Positions 29,386 to 38,706 of a stretch of 55,010 bases of DNA are shown here, piece after piece (position 1 is the stretch's first letter; each line of letters opens with the position of its first letter). The DNA is taken from assembly GCA_037137535.1 (NCBI GenBank), contig JBAXKC010000018.1:1-55010 (forward strand). The letters are read 5' to 3'. Below the pieces are notes generated by a model that worked only from the letters and a program-made list of their open reading frames with translations, was not told the origin of the DNA and made no database searches. The stretch comes from a bacterium. GTDB lineage: Bacteria; Cyanobacteriota; Vampirovibrionia; Gastranaerophilales; JBAXKC01. Made by a program: the position numbers and the translations under genes.

Positions 29386-30183
29386 CTAAACAGAAGTTTG
29401 TATTGGGAAATTTCCAAGTTGAGGAAGGGCAAAATTTGCGTCCTGAACTTCTATTGATTCTAAATTATTTACAATAGGTAATTTGAATATAAACTGAGAA
29501 CCTTTTTCCTCACTATTTTGGTAATAGATTTTTCCGTAATGTTCTTCAATTAATTGTTTTGCGATTGAAAGCCCTAATCCATGCGATTTTTCTCCATTTG
29601 TTGGCTTGTTTTTTAATTTAGAATTTTTCTTAAAAAGTTTTGGTTGATCACTTAAAAGTATTCCACTACCTCCATCTTTTATTACGAAATTAACAAAACC
29701 GCCTTCATTGAAAACATTAATAAAAATATTAGTGTCTTTAAATGAGTATTTAATGGCGTTACTTATTAAATTATCAATAACACGAGCTATTTTTTCTTTA
29801 TCTATATTTAAAAAAGGAACATTAGAATAACTCTCATAAATTTTAATATTTTTTTGATCTGCTTGAGGCTTATATATTTTTGTTCTTTCATTAACAAGCG
29901 TAGAAAAATTTACTTTTTGTTTTGTAAGTTTGTTTTTTTTTTGAGGAGTTTCAGTTTCCTCAAGAAATTTTTCTGTTAAGTCAAGTAAGTTTTTGCTTAC
30001 TTGACTTATAATTTCGAGAAATTCTTTATTTTCATCTTCAAGATTTTTAGAGTTTTCAAGAATTAACTGGCTAAAAGCTCTTATTGAAATTATAGGATTT
30101 CTAAGATCATGTGCCACCATTTTTAATGAATCAAGATTTTTCTTTTCATCTCTTGTTTTTAATACATTAACCATAAACAACAT
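29386..30183 (-). CDS. cytoplasmic histidine kinase lacking a sensor domain (HisKA+HATPase only)
   Basis: VAHDLRNP within the first ~30 aa, NLISNAIKY, DGGSGI, GLGLSI; start may be 30174. Confidence 0.85.
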   Translation of the reverse strand: MLFMVNVLKTRDEKKNLDSLKMVAHDLRNPIISIRAFSQLILENSKNLEDENKEFLEIISQVSKNLLDLTEKFLEETETPQKKNKLTKQKVNFSTLVNERTKIYKPQADQKNIKIYESYSNVPFLNIDKEKIARVIDNLISNAIKYSFKDTNIFINVFNEGGFVNFVIKDGGSGILLSDQPKLFKKNSKLKNKPTNGEKSHGLGLSIAKQLIEEHYGKIYYQNSEEKGSQFIFKLPIVNNLESIEVQDANFALPQLGNFPIQTSV

Positions 30184-30654
30184 CCCTTTATTTTATATTT
30201 TTTTATTATTCTTTTATATATACCTTTAATTCCCTTTATATTTCTAGTGAAAACTTGACCATGGGGTTTAAAAATAAGAAAAAGTAGTCCATGTGGTTAA
30301 CTTTAGAAGTTTTTAATTTATAAAAAATTAGGATTTACTAAGATCTGAATTTTGAAAAATGTTAAGAAATAGAGTAAATCTCTATTATAGAGTTAGCAGA
30401 ACAGTAAATAGAGGTTTAATAATATTGGGGGTAGATAAACAGATAAAAGTTAAAATAACAGGCGGAAAAGATCATCAGTGGATTGAAAATGTTTTGACTT
30501 TTTAAAGACAAAACTCGGACTTGATAAAATTTGAGTTCCAATGCCTTCATTTTTGGTAAGACGTTGTGCCATTTTATGTTGCTATAACCTTAAGTTAGAA
30601 CTTAATTTACCTATCTAGCAACTCGAGTTAGTTACTCAAATTTATTTCTTGGAT

Positions 30655-32418
30655 TTATTCGTTTTTAATAATTTCCGCTATCTCATCACCATCGTTCATC
30701 ATAGAAAATCCATCTTTTTCAGACTCAAGTATTTCATTTAGAATGATTTGTTTCTCTGGAGAGATATACTCCATTATTTTTGCTATTGCTTCTCCTGAAA
30801 AAAGCGGTTTTCCTTCTTTGGTTCTAATATTTATAAGATTATCCAATAATTCATTTTTATATTCTAACGATTTAGAGATAGCACTCTCATTATTAAATTT
30901 TTCTCTGTCTTGAAGGGGATACATTCCTATTTTATTCAATATTCGTTCAAAGGCAGGGACATATTGACAAGTATTACTCATCTCCGCAGCAATGGCAACC
31001 AATTCAAGTACATTTGTTTTTGAATATGCTGCATTTTCTTTGTCATTTGTAAAAGACATATCTATAAGAGTATTAATATTTTGTAGTTTTCGATAAACAG
31101 GTAAAATAACATTTTTATATTGTTCATAACTAAAGTTTTTTCTATCTTCCGGATTATTTTCATAAAATTCTTTGGCTTGTTCTAAATTGTGTATGATTTC
31201 CGATAAATTTTCCGAATCTGTATTTTGGTTATTTCCTTTAATAAAAAGGCTTTCAAATTCTTTTAAAAATTTTTGTTCCCCTTCATCTAATAAAGAAGTA
31301 AATTTAACAAAATCATCATTATTAAATTTGTTTTCACCGATATTAACTTCATGCATAGAATGCCCTACAAGTTCATGTTGCAATGAGTCTCTAAAAATAG
31401 TGAAAAACTTTGACATGGATTGAGGACTGCCGTCACTTAAAATTTTAGAAAGGAAATATGGATTAAAACTTATTTCTTTATTCTCATAACTTGCTAATCC
31501 TTTAGGGTTTGTCAAAAAGCCGTGAAAATCCAAAAGATTAACGGTTTTAGGTAATTGATAGCCTAATTTTTTATAATCTGCAAATAAATCATAAATGATT
31601 ATTGCTACTTTGCTGGAATTTGGTATATTAAAATTAATTCCTAAATCTTTTTTTGCCTTTTTTACTATGTCAAGAGTAGTACCATCTAAGCCATATAAAT
31701 TAATTTCTTCTTTTCGTTTTTTCTGTATTTCAGCTTTGACATTCTTATATTCATCAATTGCTTTATAATAAGGTAAATTTATTTTAATTTTATCTTCTAA
31801 AAGTGAAAAATTGTCCTCGGAAAAGATATTAAGCTCTCTTCTTAATGCGTAAAGTGAATAAAGCTCTTTCATTGATTCTAAATGTTCAGGTTTTATATTA
31901 GATTTTTCAGTGTTTGAATGTTTATTAATAAAATCATCTAAAGTAAAAGTTGAAAGACACTGAATTTTATTAAAATCATCATTAGGGTTTTTGATATTTA
32001 ATTTTTTAAATTTTTCAATTTTGCTTGTAATTTGACCTCTGCCTTCTAAATAAGGTTGCCATGCTTGGATAAAATCCCCTTTTACTTTGCTTTTAAAGTC
32101 ATTCAAAGCAAAGTCTTTACTCCAAGCTTCATTCATAAAATTAACTAATTGCTTAATGCATTCGGGATTTATTTCTTTTTCTATTAATATCTTTTTTAAA
32201 CGATGAACCTTGATTTTAAACGTTTTATCTTCTTGAATATTTGAACCAAAAGAAATAGTTTTATTTTTAACTAAGAGCTTATTATGCAGTATATCCATAA
32301 AAACCTGACCGTTTTTAGACACAGGCGAAAGTTGGGGATTTTCAACTTTAGTTATTTCTTTTTCTTTTATTTTTGCCTCTATAAAACGATAAGGATGTAT
32401 TTTTATCGATACATTCAT
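30655..32418 (-). CDS. hypothetical protein with putative zincin metallopeptidase motif
   Basis: 587-aa ORF; HELVGHSMH and downstream YSKTNVLELVA; N-terminal leader ending ISFG. Confidence 0.6.
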   Translation of the reverse strand: MNVSIKIHPYRFIEAKIKEKEITKVENPQLSPVSKNGQVFMDILHNKLLVKNKTISFGSNIQEDKTFKIKVHRLKKILIEKEINPECIKQLVNFMNEAWSKDFALNDFKSKVKGDFIQAWQPYLEGRGQITSKIEKFKKLNIKNPNDDFNKIQCLSTFTLDDFINKHSNTEKSNIKPEHLESMKELYSLYALRRELNIFSEDNFSLLEDKIKINLPYYKAIDEYKNVKAEIQKKRKEEINLYGLDGTTLDIVKKAKKDLGINFNIPNSSKVAIIIYDLFADYKKLGYQLPKTVNLLDFHGFLTNPKGLASYENKEISFNPYFLSKILSDGSPQSMSKFFTIFRDSLQHELVGHSMHEVNIGENKFNNDDFVKFTSLLDEGEQKFLKEFESLFIKGNNQNTDSENLSEIIHNLEQAKEFYENNPEDRKNFSYEQYKNVILPVYRKLQNINTLIDMSFTNDKENAAYSKTNVLELVAIAAEMSNTCQYVPAFERILNKIGMYPLQDREKFNNESAISKSLEYKNELLDNLINIRTKEGKPLFSGEAIAKIMEYISPEKQIILNEILESEKDGFSMMNDGDEIAEIIKNE

Positions 32419-32557
32419 AATTACAATCAGCCTTTTAATTTATAGTAGTATTATAAAAATAAAAGCAGAATTATTATTGCGCTGTATAGGTATTTCTTTA
32501 CTACTTACAAAAAATATTTTAAAATATTACAGCATGAATTAATAAAAGAGGTGTAAA

Positions 32558-33775
32558 TTGCAGGAATTAATCGGAATTTACAATAAAGCTAAAATATTTA
32601 CTGAAAATATTGATGAAAAGTCTAAAGAACAAATTATTGAGCTATGTAATCAACCTGTATTTGAAAATAGTAAAATTAGAATAATGCCTGATGTACATGC
32701 CGGTAAAGGCTGTGTTATAGGGTTTACGGCAGATATGAATAATAGAATAATTCCAAATCTGATTGGTGTTGATATCGGGTGTGGTGTTATTGTCGTTAAA
32801 CTTGGAGCAGTAGAAATTGATTTTCTGAATTTAGATAAATTTATAAGAAAAGAAATTCCTCATGGCACAGGCGTTAGAACTGAAAATATAGAAATTAATG
32901 ATGAGTTAAAAGCTGAAATAGCTTATGTTGCAAATAGAATAGATAATCTTGACAAATTAGATTATCATTACCGTTCTCTGGGATCATTAGGAGGCGGAAA
33001 TCACTTTATAGAAATAGGAAAAGACGATGAAGGCAATTATTACCTTCTTGTTCACTCAGGTAGCAGACATTTTGGTAATGTTGTCGCCAATTATTTTCAA
33101 AAACAAGCAATAGAATATTGTAAAAATAAATCTGAAGAATTTAATCCTCATCCTGAAATTGAAAAATTAAAGTCCGAAGGGAAAACTCAGCTAATTCAAA
33201 AACATATAGATGAAATGAATAAAAATAATATTTATGATGTGCCAACATATTTATCTTTTCTTGAAGGTGAGCTTGCTGAAGATTATTTTAAATGCATGAA
33301 AATTGCTCAGAAATTTGCTAATATTAATCGTCAAATAATAGTTCATAAAATTTGTAATGATTATTTAAACATGGATGCAAAAGAAACTTTTACTACAATA
33401 CATAATTATATAGATGAAAATGGTTTGATTCGCAAAGGTGCTGTTTCTGCTCAAAAAGGTGAAAAACTCGTTATTCCTGCAAATATGAGAGATGGAGCAC
33501 TTATTGCTATTGGTAAAGGTAATTCTGACTGGAATAATTCAGCACCGCATGGTGCTGGACGCTTGATGTCGAGAACAAGGGCAAATGAAAACTTAAGTTT
33601 AGACGATTATAAAAACTCGATGGAGGGTGTTTTTACAACCTCTGTATGTAAGGCTACTCTTGATGAAGCACCTATGGCTTATAAACCGATAGAAGAAATT
33701 ATTTCTGCAGTTAATGATACGATAGACATTATTTCCACTATTAAGCCTGTTTATAATTTTAAAGCTAAAAATTAA
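32558..33775 (+). CDS. rtcB: RtcB family RNA ligase
   Basis: MPDVHAGKG, GVDIGCG, GSLGGGNHFIE, VHSGSR, HNYI, RKGA, HGAGR, DEAPMAYK; TTG start after GAGGTG. Confidence 0.93.
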   Translation: MQELIGIYNKAKIFTENIDEKSKEQIIELCNQPVFENSKIRIMPDVHAGKGCVIGFTADMNNRIIPNLIGVDIGCGVIVVKLGAVEIDFLNLDKFIRKEIPHGTGVRTENIEINDELKAEIAYVANRIDNLDKLDYHYRSLGSLGGGNHFIEIGKDDEGNYYLLVHSGSRHFGNVVANYFQKQAIEYCKNKSEEFNPHPEIEKLKSEGKTQLIQKHIDEMNKNNIYDVPTYLSFLEGELAEDYFKCMKIAQKFANINRQIIVHKICNDYLNMDAKETFTTIHNYIDENGLIRKGAVSAQKGEKLVIPANMRDGALIAIGKGNSDWNNSAPHGAGRLMSRTRANENLSLDDYKNSMEGVFTTSVCKATLDEAPMAYKPIEEIISAVNDTIDIISTIKPVYNFKAKN

Positions 33776-33788
33776 GCTTTTAAAATAG

Positions 33789-33827
33789 AAAAATAGCCCT
33801 GTTCCTAGGATATCAGGGCTATTTTTT
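33789..33827. terminator. bidirectional terminator
   Basis: AAAAATAGCCCTG/CAGGGCTATTTTT inverted repeat between convergent genes. Confidence 0.8.
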
Positions 33828-33841
33828 AAGTATTATTATAA

Positions 33842-34177
33842 TTAAAATAAACTACCGCATTTTTTGGTGATTGTTTTTGAGTCAATAAGCGCATTAATAT
33901 GGGGAGCGACTTTAATAGTTTCATTGTCTAACTTGCCTATTCCTGCATTCTTAACAAAAGCATCTAAATCAGATTGAGAAACACCTGCTTTTATAAGTTC
34001 TTCCTGTTGGCAGGAACACATCTTCTTTATATAGTTGGTAAGTTGAGGATTATTATTGACAATAAAAGAAGAATAAAGTTTTAAGCATCCATCCGGGTAT
34101 GATTCAGCTTGCGAAGCAAAAGACATTGTGAAAAAAACTGCAATAACAAGACAAAATTTAATAATATTTTTTAACAT
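33842..34177 (-). CDS. small exported Cys-containing hypothetical protein
   Basis: signal peptide (SQA), C..CxC..C pattern, AAGGAG RBS. Confidence 0.7.
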   Translation of the reverse strand: MLKNIIKFCLVIAVFFTMSFASQAESYPDGCLKLYSSFIVNNNPQLTNYIKKMCSCQQEELIKAGVSQSDLDAFVKNAGIGKLDNETIKVAPHINALIDSKTITKKCGSLF

Positions 34178-34187
34178 GATCTCTCCT

Positions 34188-34484
34188 TTAAATTCTACCT
34201 TTCCAGTAACCGCCTTTTCTATCTACTAATGCATCATAACCTGACCAAAAACGATAAAAAGGTACAATTCCTAAAACAGCATGGGTTAATACTTTATGCC
34301 CTGAGTCATCATTTATCGCCTGACCGATGCCTGGCCATATGAAAAAAGATAAAGCACAACCTGCAACAGTTTTTCCTGATATTTTACCGCTTTTAGGACT
34401 ATTCTCATTTGCGATTGCAGGATTTATAGTCATAAATATAAAACTCAGAATGATTAAATATAAAATAATTTTACTTCTTTTCAT
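34188..34484 (-). CDS. small exported/membrane hypothetical protein
   Basis: signal peptide, LSFFIWPGIGQ (TM2-like), AGGAGG RBS. Confidence 0.7.
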   Translation of the reverse strand: MKRSKIILYLIILSFIFMTINPAIANENSPKSGKISGKTVAGCALSFFIWPGIGQAINDDSGHKVLTHAVLGIVPFYRFWSGYDALVDRKGGYWKGRI

Positions 34485-34514
34485 AATTTGCCTCCTTTTT
34501 CATAATTTTTTAAA

Positions 34515-35984
34515 TCATTTTTTTATTAACTTATTTTTGTATAGGTTATCAAGATTTTGTCTTGATAAATCATAGTCGGGATCAATAGAAAGTGCTTTTT
34601 TATAGCAGTCTGCGGCCTGTTTATATTGACGTTTACTGCTATATGCTGCACCAAGATTATTATAAGCACTTATGTTTTTTGAATTTATTTCAATGGCTTT
34701 ATTGCAGTTAATTATAGCTGCATCATAATTACCAAGTGAAATATATACTGAAGCAAGATTACTATATGCTCTATCATCTTGGGTTATAGCCAATGCTTTA
34801 TTATAACTTTCAATAGCTTCTTTGTACAATCCTTTCCCTTTATAGGAATAGCCGCAGTTAATATAAGTAATCGCATTATTAGGATTTAGGGACAATGATT
34901 TTTTAAGATATTCTAAAGCCTTATCATATTCATTAAGTAAATTATAGCAACATCCTACATTTCCGTTAATTATTACATTATCAGGTGTTACTTCAAGAAT
35001 TTTTTTATAATAATCAAGAGCTGAGTTATAATTGCCTTTTGTGTAATAATCATTTGCGGTTTTTAAGTAATCATTAAGATCCTCTTGTGATGATGGATTA
35101 GGTAGTTGTTTTGCTTTAGTAACATAATTAACCGAATATATATCTTGAGAGCCTGAGTAGACTCTTGAGAGTGTGTTTATATCGCGTTGAGTGATTATTG
35201 TTCTTCCCGGAGTGTTTTGTTGATAACCGTTAGGTAATACTAAAGGAATATAACCGATAAAGTTTAAAGACCACGAATTAATTCCGCCTCTTTGAGCTCT
35301 TAGTTTTGGATACATAATATCTTCAATATTAGGGCTATGCCCTAATCCAATAGCATGTCCGATTTCATGAAGCAATATTTCTTCAAGCTCAGAAGGAAGA
35401 TACTTATTTTTGTTTAAAATCTCAATTTTACCTTTTTCGCTATTATTATTGCTGTATTTATAATTTGTTCTGCCTAACGGTGTTTCATTTGGATTTACGC
35501 TTGATAATCTATTAACCCACACAATATCGATATTACTGTTTTTATTATCTGATAATTCAAGAGGAAAAAATGATTTCCATTGATTAAGAGCATTTACAAC
35601 AGTCAGTCTATATTTTTCAGGAACATTTCCAATATAAACAGTTACAGGAAAATTCTTCCATTTAGGTATATTTTTATCGCAAGTTTCTGTGTAATAATTG
35701 CCGACATCAGGATTAGACAGAAAATTAAAAATAGGTTTTGTTGTAGTTTGCGGATTTAAACTGTTTTTAATATGGTTAATCCTGTTAGGAATACTGTCTT
35801 GATAAGTATTACCGTATAACGCTCTCTCAATAGTGTCAATTCTAGGCAATATAGCAGGATTATCAACTTTAATTCCCAGATTTTGTTCAATTTCGTCTAA
35901 ATCAGAAATTGGAATTACTTCTGAATACACAGCCTGTATATTTAACAAAAAAACTAAACATATAATAGTTAAAATTTTATACAT
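34515..35984 (-). CDS. exported matrixin-like (metzincin) metalloprotease with C-terminal TPR repeats
   Basis: signal peptide; HEIGHAIGLGHS; Met-turn DIMYP; about 5 TPRs (e.g. AYNNLGAAY..A..YKKAL..DP). Confidence 0.88.
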   Translation of the reverse strand: MYKILTIICLVFLLNIQAVYSEVIPISDLDEIEQNLGIKVDNPAILPRIDTIERALYGNTYQDSIPNRINHIKNSLNPQTTTKPIFNFLSNPDVGNYYTETCDKNIPKWKNFPVTVYIGNVPEKYRLTVVNALNQWKSFFPLELSDNKNSNIDIVWVNRLSSVNPNETPLGRTNYKYSNNNSEKGKIEILNKNKYLPSELEEILLHEIGHAIGLGHSPNIEDIMYPKLRAQRGGINSWSLNFIGYIPLVLPNGYQQNTPGRTIITQRDINTLSRVYSGSQDIYSVNYVTKAKQLPNPSSQEDLNDYLKTANDYYTKGNYNSALDYYKKILEVTPDNVIINGNVGCCYNLLNEYDKALEYLKKSLSLNPNNAITYINCGYSYKGKGLYKEAIESYNKALAITQDDRAYSNLASVYISLGNYDAAIINCNKAIEINSKNISAYNNLGAAYSSKRQYKQAADCYKKALSIDPDYDLSRQNLDNLYKNKLIKK

Positions 35985-36030
35985 TTAAGCATCTTTACTC
36001 AACTCACAACAATAGAACACATTTTACTTA

Positions 36031-36651
36031 TCAGACATTATTTATTTGCTGTTTTGCCACTAATCTATCGACTATTTCTTTTACATTTTCTTTAGTTAGT
36101 TTTTCATAAAGGATTTCTCTATTTTGAGCGATGGTTTCATCATCTAATAAAGAAAAATCTATTCTAGCTAATTCTTTTCTTATTTCTTCTTCAAATCTGT
36201 ATTTTAATATTTTAGCAGGATTTCCGCCTAGAATAGTATAATCGGGAACATTTTTTGTTACAACCGTTCCTGCTGCAATAATACAACCTTTTCCTATCGT
36301 AACTCCCGATAAAATAATACTGTTTAAACCGATCCAAACATCATCTTTGACGATAATAGGCCCTTTAGTTGCGGCTTCTTCCTTATATCCAAAGTTTTTA
36401 ACCAGAAAAGGGAAAGTTGAAAAGCCTTCATAAGGGTGATTTCCACCTAATAAAAAGGTAACTCCCGATGCTATTGAAACATAATTTCCTATGGTAAGCT
36501 TTTCTTGAGGATGTCCGAAAGTATGAACATCTAAAGGTCCATAAGTTTTCTTTCCTACACTAACTTTTGAAAGATCAAAAATTCTGGTTAAATAAGTTTC
36601 ATTATGAGCGTTCATTCTTCGCCATTGAGCTTGTAATTCATTTCCGTTCAT
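36031..36651 (-). CDS. CatB/Vat-related hexapeptide-repeat O-acetyltransferase
   Basis: LTIGNYVSIA, GGNH, STFPF, DDVWIG, GVTIGKGCIIAAG, GNPAK. Confidence 0.9.
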   Translation of the reverse strand: MNGNELQAQWRRMNAHNETYLTRIFDLSKVSVGKKTYGPLDVHTFGHPQEKLTIGNYVSIASGVTFLLGGNHPYEGFSTFPFLVKNFGYKEEAATKGPIIVKDDVWIGLNSIILSGVTIGKGCIIAAGTVVTKNVPDYTILGGNPAKILKYRFEEEIRKELARIDFSLLDDETIAQNREILYEKLTKENVKEIVDRLVAKQQINNV

Positions 36652-37582
36652 ATAAGTGATTTAAACCTCCAAGATCTATTTTTGATGAGGAATAATGAGA
36701 AATTAAATATTCCATTGCTTCATAAAAATACCAGTCATGTTTATAATCTTTCATATACTTGAAAAAACCTGTTTTTTCAAAGTTGTATTGATTATTAAAA
36801 TCAAAGTAATATGGAATAATATGCTTCAATAATATAAGTTGTTTTTCATTTTCATATATTGTTTTATTTAATAAGCCGCTATCTAAATATTCTTTATATA
36901 AAGACAGATAATTTTGCCCGAATACTTCTGCTATGTTATAACCGCCCTTGTTTGGTACGGTCATGCTTAAGAAATAAGCGGGATTATAGACAGCTGCTTT
37001 TTTTCCCGATGCGATAAGTCTTAATATAACATCAGTCTGAACTAATCTTAATTCATGTTTTCTTGAAAACTCAGTTAAATTATTAAAATCCTCTTTCCAA
37101 AGGCCAAAACCACCTATCCATGTGGAATAAAAAGACGCATAAGAAACAAATTCAGTTAAATTATTGCATAATTTCATTAGTTCTTGATGATTATTTTGAC
37201 CATTTAAAAAGAAAATTACAGGTTTTTCATTAATATTTGCTTTTACTATTTTAACCAGCTCGGCTAAACTTCCATTTTTGGTTAATAAAGTATCGTTTTG
37301 CAGTTTTAAAAAAGTTCCGTTGGCGAGAGCAAGTATATTTTCATAATTTTTATCTGCTCCCATATTAACTTCATTTCGATGATATTTTATTTTGTCAGCA
37401 AATAAATCAACATATTTTTTAACAACAGCTTGAGTTTCATCTTCGGAGCAGTTATCTGAAATAACAATTTCAATTTCGTCGGTTGTTAAAAATGCATTTT
37501 GAATTACAAGACTTTCAAGTATTTTATCCAAATACTTTGCCCTGTTATAGGTAGGAATGCATATTGACAATATTGGGGACAT
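36638..37582 (-). CDS. GT2 glycosyltransferase (abequosyltransferase WbaV-like)
   Basis: LSICIPTYNRA, ISDNCSEDET, NMGADKN; lies in a CDP-3,6-dideoxyhexose cluster; ATG 37582 after AAGGA. Confidence 0.85.
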   Translation of the reverse strand: MSPILSICIPTYNRAKYLDKILESLVIQNAFLTTDEIEIVISDNCSEDETQAVVKKYVDLFADKIKYHRNEVNMGADKNYENILALANGTFLKLQNDTLLTKNGSLAELVKIVKANINEKPVIFFLNGQNNHQELMKLCNNLTEFVSYASFYSTWIGGFGLWKEDFNNLTEFSRKHELRLVQTDVILRLIASGKKAAVYNPAYFLSMTVPNKGGYNIAEVFGQNYLSLYKEYLDSGLLNKTIYENEKQLILLKHIIPYYFDFNNQYNFEKTGFFKYMKDYKHDWYFYEAMEYLISHYSSSKIDLGGLNHLYERK

Positions 37583-37665
37583 TTTATTTTTCCTTATTAA
37601 ACTTATTTTAGTTTGCAAATTAGAGGTGGTTTTTCCCTATAAGATAAAGCAAGCGTTTAATTATG

Positions 37666-38706
37666 TTATAAAAAACTCAGTAAAGTTCTTTTAAATCCCT
37701 CATCTATCGTGGTTTCAGGTTTCCATCCGAGAGTTTTTATCTTGCTTATATCAGGGCAACACCTTACCAGATTGCTTTTTACATAAGTTCCTGACTGTAA
37801 ACTCTCATCTTTTATAACTTTTAGACCTTTTTCGGGAAATAAACCAGCTATTGTTTCAGCAAGTTCCATAATACTTGTTTCTTTATCAATGCTGACATTA
37901 TAGGCTTCACCGTTTTTGCCGTTTAAAAGGACTGTAAGAAAGCCTATTGTCGCATCAGCAATATAACAGAAGGCTCTTGTTGAGCTTCCGTCACTTTTCA
38001 TTATTATATTTCTGTTATGAACAATATCTGCTATAAAATCAGCAAAAACTCTGCCGTCATCAAGACTTATCCCAGGGCCATAGGTATGAAAAGGTCTTAC
38101 TATTTTTGCGGGGATATTATATTGATGATGCCAGGATACACATAAAGTTTCTCCTGCTTTTTTACTTTCAGCGTAGCATGATCTTACTGATAAAGGATTA
38201 ACATAACCGTAGTAAGTTTCTTTAGTTGGAATTAAGCTATCGTTCACTTCTCCGTAGACTTCTCCGCTGCTGAAAAACAGGAAACTTTTTACTTGTTTTT
38301 CTTTTGCTAGTTCTAATAAATTATTAGTGCCTAAAATATTAGCATTCATTGTGCCTACAGGATCAGAACCATAATATTTTGGGCTTGCCTGACTTGCTGC
38401 ATGAATTATAAAATCAACATTTTGTTCTAACTTAATTGGCTTACACACATCTTGAACTATAAACTCCAGATCGGCTCTGTTTTTATGATGGGAAAATATA
38501 GATAAAGCCTTCTCTTTATTTCTTACAAGAGCAATAACTTTTGTATTTCTATTTTGCTTATCGTTCAAGTATAAAAAGGTTTCAACTAAATAAGAAGGTA
38601 AAAATCCATTAGCACCAGAAATTAATATGGTAGCATTTTTAAACTTTTCCCATGCTAAATTTGAATTAAGAATATAATCTAAATCTTCTTTTATAATTTT
38701 ATGCAT
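37666..38706 (-). CDS. NAD-dependent epimerase/dehydratase (extended SDR), candidate side-chain reductase
   Basis: ISGANGFL, IHAASQASP, FSSGEVYG, YAESK (YxxxK), RPFHTYGP. Confidence 0.85.
   Translation of the reverse strand: MHKIIKEDLDYILNSNLAWEKFKNATILISGANGFLPSYLVETFLYLNDKQNRNTKVIALVRNKEKALSIFSHHKNRADLEFIVQDVCKPIKLEQNVDFIIHAASQASPKYYGSDPVGTMNANILGTNNLLELAKEKQVKSFLFFSSGEVYGEVNDSLIPTKETYYGYVNPLSVRSCYAESKKAGETLCVSWHHQYNIPAKIVRPFHTYGPGISLDDGRVFADFIADIVHNRNIIMKSDGSSTRAFCYIADATIGFLTVLLNGKNGEAYNVSIDKETSIMELAETIAGLFPEKGLKVIKDESLQSGTYVKSNLVRCCPDISKIKTLGWKPETTIDEGFKRTLLSFL

Noticed and set aside
30359-30573. Two 40-48 codon ORFs on opposite strands in the intergenic region
   Set aside because: No clear RBS or motif; expected by chance in AT-rich DNA.
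29268-36000. tRNA-anchored genomic island or prophage
   Set aside because: No integrase, transposase or phage gene, and no duplicate of the tRNA 3' end was seen; only orphan gene content.
36031-36651. Chloramphenicol/streptogramin resistance gene
   Set aside because: Overlaps the GT2 gene in a glycan cluster; sugar O-acetylation is the simpler reading.
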